Source: Eledone cirrhosa
Taxonomy: Eukaryota
Assembly (NCBI GenBank): GCA_964016885.1
Contig: OZ024743.1
Span: 25,916,001 to 25,980,000 of the forward strand
Reading direction: 5' to 3'
Length of the DNA: 64,000 bases
In this document: in pieces, positions 1 through 11,783 of the stretch
Position numbering within the stretch: the first letter of the stretch is position 1
Layout of the letters: each line of letters starts with the position of its first letter
Notes under the pieces: model-generated
Database searches by the model: none
Told to the model about the DNA's origin: nothing
What the model saw: only the letters and a program-made list of their open reading frames with translations
Program-made: the position numbers and the translations under genes

Positions 1-2536
1 ACAATACTGTTGTTACTGTAATACAGTTATATCAGTTGACAATACTGTTGTTACTGGAATACACTTATATCAGTTGACAATACTGTTGTTACTGGAATAC
101 ACTATCAGTTGATAATACTGTTGTTACTGGAATACACATATTTCAGCTGACACTACTGTTGTTACTGGAATACACTTATATCAGTTGATAATACTGTTGT
201 TACTGGAATACACTTATATCAGTTGATAATACTGTTGTTACAGGAATACACTTATATCAGTTGACAATACTGTTGTTACTGGAATACACTTATATCAGTT
301 GACAATACTGTTGTTAATGGAATGCACTTATATCAGTTGACAATACTGTTGTTACTGGAATACACTTATATCAGTTGACAATACTGTTGTTACTGGAATA
401 CACTTATATCAGTTGACAATACTGTTGTTACTGGAATACACTTATACCAGTTGATAATACTGTTGTTACTAGAATACACTTATATCATTTGACAATACTG
501 TTGTTACTGGAATACACTTATTTCAGTTGACTATACTGTTGTTACTGGAAGACACTTATATCAGTTGATAATACTGTTGTTACTGGAATACACTTATATC
601 AGTTTACAATACTGTTCTTACTGGAATACACTTATATCAGTTGACAATAATGTTGTTACTGGAATACACTTATATCAGTTGACAGTACTGTTGTTACTGG
701 TATACACTTATATCAGTTGATAATACTGTTGTTACTGGAATACACTTATATCAGTTGACAATACAGTTGTTACTGGAATACACTTATATCAGTTGACAAT
801 ACTGTTGTTACTGGAATACACTTATATCAGTTGACAATACTGTTGTTACTGGAATACACTTATATCAGTTGACAATACTGTTGTTACTGGAATACACTTA
901 TTTCAGTTAACAATACTGTTGTTACTGGAATACACTGATATCAGTTGACAATACTGTTCTTACTGGAATAGACTTATATCAGTTGACAATACTGTTGTTA
1001 CTGGAATACACTTATATCAGTTGATAATACTGTTACTGGAATACACTTATATCAGTTGACAATACTGTTGTTACTGGAATACACTTATATCAGTTGATAA
1101 TACTGTTGTTACTGGAATACACTTATATCAGTTGATAATACTGTTGTTACTGGAATACACTTATATCAGTTGACAATACTGTTGTTACTGGAATACACTT
1201 ATATCAGTTGATAATACTGTTGTTACTGGAATACACTTATACCTGTTGACAATACTGTTGTTACTGGAATACAGTTATATCAGTTGACAATGCTGTTGTT
1301 ACTGGAATACACTTATATCAGTTGACAATACTGTTGTTACTGGAATACACTTATATCAGTTGATAATACTGTTGTTAATGGAATACACTTATATCTGTTA
1401 ACAATACTGTTGTTACTGGAATACACTTATATCAGTTGACAATACTGTTGTTACTGGAATACACTTATATCAGTTGACAATACTGTTGTTACTGGAATAC
1501 ACTTATATCAGTTGATAATACTGTTGTTACTAGAATACACTTATATCATTTGACAATACTGTTGTTACTGGAATACACTTATATCAGTTGACAATACTGT
1601 TGTTACTGGAATACACTTATATCAGTTGATATTACTGTTGTTACTGGAATACACTTATTTCAGTTGACAATACTGTTGTTACTGGAATACACTTATATCA
1701 GTTGACAATACTTTGTTACTGGAATACACTTATATCAGTTGATAATACTGTTGTTACTGGAATACACTTATTTCAATTGACAATACTGTTGTTACTGAAA
1801 ACACTTATATCAGTTGACAATACTGTTGTTACTGGAATACACTTATGTCAGTTGACAATACTGTTGTTACTGGAATACACTTATATCAGTTGATAATACT
1901 GTTGTTACTGGAATACACTTATATCAGTTGATAATACTGTTGTTACTGGAATACATTTATATCAGTTGACAATACTGTTGTTACTGGAATACACTTATAT
2001 CAGTTGATAATACTGTTGTTACTGGAATACACTTATATCAGTTGATAATACTGTTGTTACTGGAATACACTTATATCAGTTGATAATACAGTTGTTACTG
2101 GAATACACTTATATCAGTTGATAATACTGTTGTTACTGGAATACACTTATATCAGTTGATAATACTGTTGCTACTGGAATACACTTATATCAGTTGACAG
2201 TACTGTTGTTACAGGAATACACTTATATCAGTTGACAATACTGTTGTTACTGGAATACACTTATATCTGTTGACAATACTGTTGTTACTGGAATACACTT
2301 ATATCAGTTGACAATACTGTTGTTACTGGAATACACTTATATCAGTTGACAATACTGTTGTTAATGGAATACACTTATATCAGTTGATAATACTGTTGTT
2401 ACTGGAATACACTTATATCAGTTGATAATACTGTTGTTACTGGAATACACTTATATCAGTTGATAATACTGTTGTTACTGGAATACACTTATATCAGTTG
2501 ACAATACTGTTGTTACTGGAATACACTTATATCAGT
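1..2536. repeat. 38-bp tandem minisatellite (ACAATACTGTTGTTACTGGAATACACTTATATCAGTTG)n, about 66 copies, runs off the window start
   Basis: Unit recurs every 38 nt (positions 1, 39, ...) with scattered substitutions and small deletions; no unique spacers, so not CRISPR. Confidence 0.97.
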
Positions 2537-2821
2537 GTATATGTTAGCAGTGAGATAGATATGTTTCTTTTATTTGCCACCAGGGCATCAAAAGTGGGAC
2601 AAGTACAATGGGGGGAGTTTACAAAACAAGGCGTCCTCAATAGGGAGGAGGCAATAACAATATATAAAAATAAAATAAAATATAACAAAAAATAAAATTT
2701 ATAACAAAGTCCTCAATAGAGAGGAGGCGCCTTGGGGGGTCGCACACACCCCCGAAAAAAGTGTGCAACTCTTCTCCTCAGGAGCACAGAGAAGGGGTGC
2801 TCCCTTGGTTTTTCATCTTCC

Positions 2822-5800
2822 TCACCTATAGTCTGATGTAGAGTGAAGGCCCATCACACGGGCCATTCTCGCCACTTTCACCCATCTTTCATAGAAACGG
2901 CTGGGATGCAGCACCTCTCTCTCCATCCTAATCCTTCTTCCGAAATGATATCGGAAGAAACGGACCAGTTGTTGGCCAGAGAGAAAGGTGTCTGACCTCA
3001 GTCCTTTCAGACGCGTCCACCATACAACCTCTTTCGCCATGGCTATTACGCACAGAAACACCGCCTCTCCTTCGTTTTTGAAGAGGGGAGGCGGCTTGAT
3101 CGTTACAACAGACTCGGTGGTCAACCGGATCGGTCCCACCCTTGACAGCAGTTGTTCGACATAGCCCCACAGATCGGCAATGCCCGAGCAGTGTACCAAT
3201 GCGTGTGCAACGGTTTCCTCGTCGCACACGCATCTGGGACAGACCTTTTTCGATGGGTCCCTACCCGGGCGCCCGTGTCTGTAGAGCCTTTCTCGAACGG
3301 GCAGAGCCCTTCTGTAGCATTGCCAGGCCAGGGACCTCTGGAAGTTATCCATGGGTCCCGGGCTCAATGTCCTACCGAACAGGTTGGCCAGTTCGTCTTC
3401 CTCCATGCCTAGGGCTTCTCCGAGGGCGCCGTCGCACCTGCTAACCACCAGCCCTCTATAGAATGACGAGGTGGATTCTCCACTGACAGCCGGGTCCGCC
3501 TGCCAGAGAGCCGTGAGCCCCTGGGCACACTCGGTGTGCCAGGCGCCCAGTTTTCTCGGTCTTTGCTTGACCCAGGATTGCAGCTCGGTGAGTGAGACGA
3601 GTCTGGGAAAGGCTCGCCTCACAAACGGGGCCCACACCGGTTGACCGGAGAGGAATACCTGAAGGTGCCGTAGCCTTAATGCGTGTTTACGTATCATCAG
3701 CCACGGCATCCCCAGCCCTCCTTTCGAAGGGTGTTGACAGCAGATGGATCTCCTCACCATAGGAGCCCGCTTCTTCCAAAGAAATTGGAAGAGTGCGCGC
3801 TCCATTTTGGCGAGCGTTTCCCTTGGGCAAGGCACCACGGTCAGGCGGTAGTAGATGACGGACGCTATATAAGTGTTCGCCACCTCCGCCCGACCTTTCA
3901 GGGACAGTTTGCACTCGTCCCACTTCTGGGTCAGTGCAAACACCCTGCTCGTCACCTCACCCCAGTTCTTCTCCACCTGGAGGTCTGGTCCGAACCAGAC
4001 CCCGAGCAATTTCACCGGGCCCTCCGTCCAGCGCCCGACGACGCCATCGGAGGGCATCGATCTGCCCCTCCACGTGCCGAGTTGCAGACCGATCGACTTG
4101 TCCCGGTTCAGCTTAGCCCCTGTAAACCTTTCGTACTCCTCCAGTAAGGTGCCGATCGCCTCGATTTCCGAAGCCGTCGACACCATTACTGTTACGTCAT
4201 CGGCGTAGGCTGACACCGCTTTCCGCAATCCCGGTTCCAACGGGATGCCCTGCAACAACTCTAACTTCCGCAGCAGTGGCTCTAGAGTCACTACATACAG
4301 AAGGGAGGAGAGAGGGCAACCCTGTCGGATGGACCGCGCGATTTCGAACGGCTCCGAGAGGTAGCCGTTCACCTTGACCCTAGAGCAGATGCGGCTGCTG
4401 TGCATGGCATTGATCCAGCCCCTGAAAACGGGTCCGAAGCCTGCCGCCGCTAGCACCGCATCCAGGTAACCATGGTCGACCCTATCGAATGCCTTAGATT
4501 GATCCAAGTTGATCAGGGCCCCACCAAAGCCGGGTTCGTTCCCAACCCTCTCTATGATGTATCGCATGAGGTGGAGGTTATCGTGGATGGACCTGGACGG
4601 GATAGCACATGTCTGCGCATCTCCCACCAGGTTTCCCACGACAAGCGCCAACCTCTTTGCTAGCACCTTGGCCAAAATCTGTAACTCTGTATTTAGCAGA
4701 GTTATGGGCCTGAAATTATTTATATCGTCCCCCTTGTTCTCGTCCTTCCTCACTAGCGTGACTACGCCCTTGGTCACAGCACAGGGAATTCTCCCGTTCT
4801 GTCGCCAGTTGCAGTAGACCGCCTCGAGGAGTTCGGGGAACAAGTCCGGCATAGCTAGATATAGTTCGTATGGAAGACCATCGAGACCCGGGGATTTGCG
4901 TTTGCCGCATTGGCTCAGCACGTCCTCTATCTCAGCGGCTGAAATCGGCTCCTCGCAGGACTTCGCCTCCCTGTCCGAGAGACGCGGCAGGCCGTCGAGG
5001 TATGGACCGAAGCCCACGTCCCCAACCGGCCCCCCGCCCCTTCCGAACAATTCGGCAAAGTGCTTTTGAAAAGCCTCGCACATCTGCTTAGGTTCAAGGA
5101 TCACCCGTCCATCCTGGTCTCGCAAAGACCGGATAGTGGATCTGCTCCCTCTTTTGGCTTCTGTCGCGCGGGCGCAGCTAACAGCTTTGGTCCCCTCGTT
5201 TCCCAGAGCACGTATTTTGCTTCGGACGAGGCAGCCTTCGTGTTTCGCGTCGAAGAACTGGCCCAGAGCCGTTCTCGACGCTAGCACTCTGGCCACGTCG
5301 CCGCTTCTAATTGCCTCTTCTACACTATCTACCAACTCCCTTTCCTTCCTATTTCTATTGGAGGCTAACTCCTTACTAAATTCTATAGAGACTACTCTAA
5401 TCTCTCTTTTGAGAGATCCCCACCACCTGCTGTTGACGATGGCGCCCGTCGACCGCTCCTTAACTAAAGTGCTAATCCGGTTCCTGTAAGCCTTACTTGC
5501 CGGTAAGGACAAGTTGAGCTTCCAGTAACCGGGTCCCTGTCTATGAGTTCTGTCAAGGTTGACCATGCAGGTCACTAATTTGTGGTCTGAATAGCCAACC
5601 ATGCGCATTTTTGGACAACTTAAAAAGTCCTTATCCTTAATTCTAACTAAGAACCTATCTAGGTACGACCTAGATGTTCCGCTACGATTTGCCCAAGTCC
5701 AGGTTGGCGCAGTAGGAAAATCTAGTTGATATCTATCGGCCAGGTCAAATCGACCGATTAACCCTTTGAGGCTATTACACCCCTCTCTATCGGGACAGGC

Positions 5801-6262
5801 CCCTACGTAGTCCCAGCGTGCATCTAGGATACCATTCCAGTCCCCCACTAATAGCAAGGAGCGGGACGTCCCTAGAAAAGTCTCCAGACGATGGAAGAAG
5901 TCCGACCGCATTGACCCGAAAGGGCCGTAGGCAGCTACCAACCTAAACGCTCCGCCTTTACCACTGCCAAGGTCCAGAACCACTAGTCGACCCTCCGGGT
6001 CCAAATGTACTATCTGTGTTGCGAGACCCAGATGTTTTTGCAGCAGAACGACAACTCCACCCCCACCTCCGGGCTGACAGAGAGATGCGTGCATCTCAAA
6101 GTCATCAAAGGTGGGGGCCAGCTGTCGCACGTTGCTGATCCGGGCCTCGCAAATAACCATCACATCTATACGTTGTGACCTGAGGTCATTTAGAAGCATT
6201 GCTTGCTTCCAAGTTGAGCCCAGGCCACGCGCATTTAAACAGCCTACTCTTAGCATAGCCAT
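2822..6262 (-). CDS. Tx1/L1 ORF2: APE endonuclease + reverse transcriptase + C-terminal Cys/His zinc motif, uninterrupted
   Basis: LNARGL, GDWN, SYLDRFL, SDH (APE); KSPGLDG, NFRPITLLN, DQSKAFDRV, RQGCPLS, AYADDV (RT); CPRC..ETVAHALVHC. First ATG is at 6262 (ORF track starts at GTG 6286). Confidence 0.95.
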   Translation of the reverse strand: MAMLRVGCLNARGLGSTWKQAMLLNDLRSQRIDVMVICEARISNVRQLAPTFDDFEMHASLCQPGGGGGVVVLLQKHLGLATQIVHLDPEGRLVVLDLGSGKGGAFRLVAAYGPFGSMRSDFFHRLETFLGTSRSLLLVGDWNGILDARWDYVGACPDREGCNSLKGLIGRFDLADRYQLDFPTAPTWTWANRSGTSRSYLDRFLVRIKDKDFLSCPKMRMVGYSDHKLVTCMVNLDRTHRQGPGYWKLNLSLPASKAYRNRISTLVKERSTGAIVNSRWWGSLKREIRVVSIEFSKELASNRNRKERELVDSVEEAIRSGDVARVLASRTALGQFFDAKHEGCLVRSKIRALGNEGTKAVSCARATEAKRGSRSTIRSLRDQDGRVILEPKQMCEAFQKHFAELFGRGGGPVGDVGFGPYLDGLPRLSDREAKSCEEPISAAEIEDVLSQCGKRKSPGLDGLPYELYLAMPDLFPELLEAVYCNWRQNGRIPCAVTKGVVTLVRKDENKGDDINNFRPITLLNTELQILAKVLAKRLALVVGNLVGDAQTCAIPSRSIHDNLHLMRYIIERVGNEPGFGGALINLDQSKAFDRVDHGYLDAVLAAAGFGPVFRGWINAMHSSRICSRVKVNGYLSEPFEIARSIRQGCPLSSLLYVVTLEPLLRKLELLQGIPLEPGLRKAVSAYADDVTVMVSTASEIEAIGTLLEEYERFTGAKLNRDKSIGLQLGTWRGRSMPSDGVVGRWTEGPVKLLGVWFGPDLQVEKNWGEVTSRVFALTQKWDECKLSLKGRAEVANTYIASVIYYRLTVVPCPRETLAKMERALFQFLWKKRAPMVRRSICCQHPSKGGLGMPWLMIRKHALRLRHLQVFLSGQPVWAPFVRRAFPRLVSLTELQSWVKQRPRKLGAWHTECAQGLTALWQADPAVSGESTSSFYRGLVVSRCDGALGEALGMEEDELANLFGRTLSPGPMDNFQRSLAWQCYRRALPVRERLYRHGRPGRDPSKKVCPRCVCDEETVAHALVHCSGIADLWGYVEQLLSRVGPIRLTTESVVTIKPPPLFKNEGEAVFLCVIAMAKEVVWWTRLKGLRSDTFLSGQQLVRFFRYHFGRRIRMEREVLHPSRFYERWVKVARMARVMGLHSTSDYR

Positions 6263-6286
6263 GTTGGTGGTGAAGAGAAAAGGCAC

Positions 6287-8035
6287 TTACCTCTCTGCGT
6301 CCCGGGTATCGGGCTGCACAATTTCCATTAGGGTGGGGGATGGGTTGTTGGGTGGGGTGGTGGTTTGTGGAAGTGTAGGGGCATCAGTGTGTTGTGTGGT
6401 TGGGGAGCTTGGAGTTGTGTGGGTGTTTGGGGAGGGGGTGGGATAGTTTTTTAGGAGGACGCGGTTAATGGGCCCGACGCAGGGGGGACCCACGTCCTCT
6501 TTAAAATTGTTTTATAGGTGTCCTGTGGCGCCTTAATCATTTTGAGGTGGGGGAAATCCCCTGCCTGGGTGAAGTTAGGCCCTTGTGTTTTTATTAGATT
6601 GTTGTTGTACACAATGTTTAACAGTTTTTTGTTTCTTGTGTTTATGTATGTGTATGCATGTTTTTGTTTTTGTGTGGTGTTTTTTGTTTGCTGTTGTTGT
6701 AAGCTCTTTTGTGTTGGTGTCAGTGTTATGTTTTGGGGAGGGGTTGTTTTCATTTGTGTGTCTGAGGTGTGTTTTCTTTTTTTTCTTTTGATTGTGTGGA
6801 AGTGCTCCTCCTCGTCTGACGACGAACTAGGGTCATCTTCCGCGTTGGAGGGGAGGGGTATATTTTCGGGTTGTGTTTGCGGTGCGGGTGTTTTGGAAAT
6901 TGTTTTTGTTTTTTGAGTGGAGGGGATGGGTTGGACATTGTTTTGTTTTGGTTTGAGCTGTGGTGGTTGTTTTTGTAGTGGTAGTTGTGGTGATTGTGTT
7001 GGTTGTGCAGTTGTTGGTGGTGTAGGCAGGATTGGTGTTTTATTATTAAGTTGGGGACAGACAGCCCTCAGGTGACCTCTGGTTCCGCAGAGGTAACACG
7101 AGGGCCGTCTACCCTCAACGGTAATGTTGATGAAGGTTAGATCATCCAGTATGACGCGTTCAGGGATCTGGGCGATCCTTTCGGGCCTCATTTGAACTAC
7201 AAGTTCGAGGCTCGTTCCACTGAACGCGTCACCCGATGCCTTTCCCATGGACACCAGCATGTCATCCTCCAGGTCCAGGAAACCTGTCAAAACCCACCAT
7301 ATGTCCATAATCGGCAGGATGGTGTGGATTTTTATTTTTTGTGTTCTTCTACCCATGTACGTAGGGTAGAAGGTGTATGCGGTGGATGTGATTGGTTTGA
7401 TGGACAGTTTCACTGCTGTGTCCCTGTCCTTCATGAGAATGGATAGACTCCCGTAGAGTCTATCCTTCTGAATGAAGGTGATGTCCTTCATGACGTCTTT
7501 TAAAACCAGGTCTATCTCACTCTGTGATGGTTGAGCTGGTTTTTTACTTTTATTCGAGATTGTCCTAAACATGACCGTGTTTAGGAGTCTCTGGCTTTTT
7601 AGTTCCGGGGGGGGGGGGGTGGATTGTGAATGAACCATTTTCCCCGTACACTATATATTTTTTTGCATCTGCCAGTAGCTCCTTCGCTTTGGTTATATCT
7701 ACTGGCAGATAGTCGAGGGTTTTCCTTGTCGTCTCGGCGAAGGAGAAATTTTGTTTGTTTGTGTTGTTGTTGTCGTTGGTGGTGTTGTTGTTATCATTGT
7801 TGTTGTTGTTATTGTTATTGGTGTTGTTTTCGTCCGTCGCATTGTTGTTGTTGTTGCCGCTGGTTCTTTGGGTTGTTGCCATGGCAACGTCAAGTTGTCG
7901 GTTAACAGGTGGAGAGAATTCTTCCTCTGGCTGACCTTTCTTCTTGACCTCTGCTACTGTGACAGTGGCAGGGGGAAGCTGTAAGTTTATCTTCCCCTTT
8001 CCTCCTTCGAATTTTGGTGAAGAAGCTTCGGCCAT
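6287..8035 (-). CDS. Tx1 ORF1 (gag-like nucleic-acid-binding protein) split into three frames at homopolymer runs
   Basis: ORFs 7565-8035, 6451-7638 and 6287-6493 overlap at G13 (7607-7619) and G6 (6482-6487); zinc knuckle CYLCGTRGHLRAVC; Pro/Thr/Gln-rich C-terminus. Confidence 0.75.
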
Positions 8036-8251
8036 TTAAAAAAAATATTGACTTTTCAACAAGAAAAAACTTTTTTTTGTTTAACTATTTCGCCTAAAGG
8101 CGTAGAATATTTTGAGAGACTGACCAGATCAAAGTTTGACCTGGCAGTCCCTCTACAAAATGGTACAAAAATTAAAGTTAACAGACAAGAATTTCTATAG
8201 AAATTTAAACAGAACTTACTCAGCAAGTTATACGCGTGTGTCCATCCCAGA

Positions 8252-8294
8252 GAGATAGATAGATAGAGTGATAGATAGATAGTTGAATAGACAG

Positions 8295-8378
<84 letters not shown>

Positions 8379-8402
8379 TAATAGAGAGAGAGAGTTAGAT
8401 AA

Positions 8403-8444
<42 letters not shown>
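8252..8444. repeat. (GATA)n/(GA)n microsatellite
   Basis: Seen directly. Confidence 0.95.
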
Positions 8445-8447
<3 letters not shown>

Positions 8448-8990
8448 TTCATCTTCTTCTTCTTGCTCGGGGTCTACCCCTAAGTCTCCTGCTGTTTGGT
8501 TTTGCTCGTAAAATATGTCCAACGATTCTTTCGTTAGACATTCTGACTACATGTCCATAGTATTGAAGATGGTGTGTTTGGTTTTTACACCTACCTCCCT
8601 TCTTCTAATTACCGAATGCTGAAGCTGTCGCATTAGTGCACCAGCTACTGCAATTCTTGCTCTTAATTCAGCATCTACCTTCTATCACTCGTGAACACGA
8701 TCCCGAAATACGCGAACTTCTCTATCTGATTTAGTGAAAGTCCACTCACATATAGAGTGCACTGCGCAAGCCTTTATGAGAAGACGACTATCACAATTTT
8801 CGCAGCACTGATTTTCATTCTTGTTGTGCAGCACTCGTCATCAAACCTATCAAGTGCATGTCGTAGATCGCCTTCCGATGAGTTATGTAGCACTATATCG
8901 TCTGCAAATCCCAGCCGACTGATTCTACAGCCGCCTACACCACTTGCAACCCGGCTGTGCATGTCAATCATGTTCATGAAGATTATATAC
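8445..8990 (-). pseudogene. Degenerate RTE-like LINE reverse transcriptase 3' fragment
   Basis: IIFMNMI..ISRLGFADDIVL..LRHALDRFDDEC...MKISAAK, followed in a shifted frame by a KFAYFGIVFT-like RT motif. Confidence 0.7.
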
Positions 8991-9245
8991 GAGGGATGTG
9001 ACATTGGCACATAATAATTGAGGCAGGAGTGATCTTTCTTTCGGGGATTCTTCAGAGCATACTCAATGTAAAACGGTGGCAAATTGACTAAAGATGAAAC
9101 TCCTTCAAAATTACTTATGACATTTATTAAATCTACAAAAATATTTGTTTTTGTTTAATATCTCACACTAAGTTTAAAATGTTTAATTCTTCTTTATTTG
9201 AAGATTAATCTTAAGTGCTAATTTAACTGTAGATTATGATGTTAA

Positions 9246-9560
9246 AATATTTATCTACATTCGAAGGGCCCAAACTCTGACCAAGAAATTAACACTATTG
9301 CATATAACAATATTGCGAGTGACTTCTATGAGACTTATAAATCTAAATATTCGTGGTTTTATTTACCAGCGACATGGCACAAAGTAATTTGTCTTGGTGC
9401 TCAGTGCATCAAGTGTTTCGAACTACCTCTTGGAAATTACAGTGAGCAAGCTCTAGAAACCCGTAATAGGTATGTAAAAATGGAAAGAAAGCAGTTAGTC
9501 GCAAAACTTGTGATACTAACATGTAGATACTATGACAGATATTATTACTTGCTATGACAA
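9246..9560 (+). pseudogene. Transib (RAG1-related) transposase C-terminal remnant, absent from the ORF track
   Basis: Manual translation: NSDQEINTIAYNNIASDFYETYKSKYSWFYLPATWHKVICLGAQCIKCFELPLGNYSEQALETRNRYVK, then frameshift to SRKTC; resembles Transib YPWYYMP.SVHK.L.HG..I....LPIG.LSEEAQE.RNK. Confidence 0.8.
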
Positions 9561-10920
9561 GGAACCTAGTGGTTAATATACACCAAGTAGAAAATGTTAT
9601 TTAAAACAGCGAAGATAACAGTGACAGATTTTATTATGAAAAATTAATTTTATTTTGATTCAAATTATGATTCCGAAATATGATACTTAAAAATTGAAAT
9701 GTATTGTTTCACTTCAATCGTATAATGATAGAAACACTTTACCACATTTAAATGATTTAAATCACATTCTTATTTCAATCATTGAAGTATTTGGAACTCT
9801 TAAATGTTGAAGTAAATTCAGATTTAAAAAAATCTTTAATTGAACTTTATTTGAAAATTCTAATTTTTACATTAAATGTTTTTATTAAAACATTAAGTGA
9901 AAAAATAGTGTATTTACTGATAGTACTATTATTAAATTTTAACTTAAATTTCTTTTTTCTGAAAGATAAAGCATTTTTTTTTGGGGGGGGGGGTTAAATT
10001 CATTATATGTTTATATAAGAGGCAAAAGGTTTAGATAATTTTTCTAAAAATTATTTTTGACTATTTTTCTTTTATTTGTAAAACACTGTATTGTGGCCTA
10101 AACAACAGCAATGAAACAATATCACTGTTTAATTGTAAATAATTGTATTGAGGTAGGAGAATGGACACAGGCAAAGTTGTGTGGTTGAGGTGCAGATTCG
10201 TAACTAAATTCCGTGGCACTTTGGTGGAATCTACCAAAACTTCAGTTCAGCAATCATCTTGCAATGAATGTATTTGAAATGATGAAAGATCGCCCATAAG
10301 ATGCATAAAGGTTTATTAACGGCTGGGTTATGGGAGAGGTGACAATCAGCTGGGTGAACATAAGTTCGTATTCTGATAAAGGTGTTACGTAGGCATTAAA
10401 CTCTCGGACTTGGTTCCCCGGGCTCTAAAAAGGTACTGCTTGATGATGTGTATTCATTACTGTAAGCAGCAGCGGCAGGAATGTCGTGTTGACAAAGGTT
10501 TCGTTGGCTTTTGCTGTTGACTTCATTTGCCCCAGCGAGAAAGTTAACAGCAGATGAATTATCCCTCAATTGCTGAACGTTAGAGAAACTGTAGTTGAAC
10601 TTGGCATTGTAGGTGGTTTATCTTTCAATTGCTGGACATTGGAGATACTGAAGTCGAACATTGGTGGTTTATCTCTCAACTCTGAACGCTAGAGAAACCG
10701 AGGTTGAGCTTTGGCTCCATGGTTTTTGTGCCTCAGAATGAACTGGTAAAGGTGTCGAACATTTTCTTGTTCAATGTTCAGAGAAGCTACTTCAGTAGCT
10801 GTAAATAAGAATAACGTGATAAGGAGAAAAGAAGGATGGGAATAATATGAAGGAGACGAAAAACGACACCACTGAGAATATAAATAGACAGACAGACAAA
10901 TACATAGACAGGGAGAGACA

Positions 10921-10934
10921 CATAGATAGATAGG

Positions 10935-10986
<52 letters not shown>

Positions 10987-11011
10987 GAGATAGATAGATA
11001 GATAGATAGAT
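10921..11011. repeat. (GATA)n microsatellite
   Basis: Seen directly. Confidence 0.95.
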
Positions 11012-11783
11012 TTCTTTATTAGCCACAAGGGCGCACAAGAAAAGAGGACAAAACAAAGACATGCCGGAGATTTTACATACAATCGTGTAAAAATATAAAA
11101 CAAACGATTATAACAATCGAAATTCCCAATAGGGGGGAAGGCGCCACAAATGGGTTGTTTAATACCCCGTCGATAGAACAACCCTCAACTCCAGGAACGT
11201 GTTGTGCAAGTGCTCCTTTCTTCCTTTTGCTCTCTTCTTCAACCTACAGGTTTATATACAGAGGAGGCCCAATCACTCGGGCCATTTTTGCCACATTCAC
11301 CCACCTTTCAGTAAATTTACTGGGGTGCAGTGCCTCTCTCTCCACTCTGATTCTCCTTTTAAAGTGGTATCTAAAGAAGGGAATGAGTTGTTGTCCGGAG
11401 AGAAAAGCATCTGTCCTCAGTCCTATCAATCTCGTCCACCATATAACCTCTTTCACCAGAGCCACTGTACAGAGGAAAACCGCTTCTCTTTCGTTTTTTA
11501 AAGAAGTTGGCGGTTTGATCCTTACTATGGACTCGGCAGTCAACTGGATTTGTCCCATACGCGACAGCAGTTGTTCGGCGTAGCTAAACAGGTCGCTTAC
11601 GCCCGGGCAGTGTACAATTGCGTGCAAGACGGTTTCAATGTCCTGCTCGCATCTTAGACACGTCCTCTTGGAAGGATCCCTGCCGGGGCTTCCGTGCATG
11701 TAGATCTTGTCACGAACTGGTAGAGCTCCTCGGTAGTATTGCCAGGCCAGAGACTTCTGAAAGTTGTCGATAGGTCCCGGGTG
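11012..11783 (-). mobile_element. 5'-truncated copy of the same Tx1 family (ORF2 C-terminus + 3'UTR)
   Basis: PGPIDNFQKSLAWQYYRGALPVRD..CLRC..ETVLHAIVHC aligns with ORF2 at 2822-3365; similar 3' end (gctaataaagaaa). Confidence 0.92.

Larger units (their letters stand above)
2562..8251 (-). mobile_element. Near full-length Tx1/L1-clade non-LTR retrotransposon
   Basis: ORF1 with CCHC knuckle plus ORF2 APE-RT-Cys motif; AATAAA close to the 3' end; GAGATAGATA on both flanks (2552-2561, 8252-8261) is a candidate TSD. Confidence 0.9.

Noticed and set aside
1-2536. CRISPR-like array (38-bp period)
   Set aside because: Units are contiguous with no unique spacers; no cas genes; eukaryotic context
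2928-5489. Many short overlapping ORFs
   Set aside because: Shadow frames of the GC-rich Tx1 ORF2
10560-10715. Three diverged ~60-bp repeats (ctgaacgttagagaaactg..)
   Set aside because: Old local tandem repeat; no coding or structural signal seen
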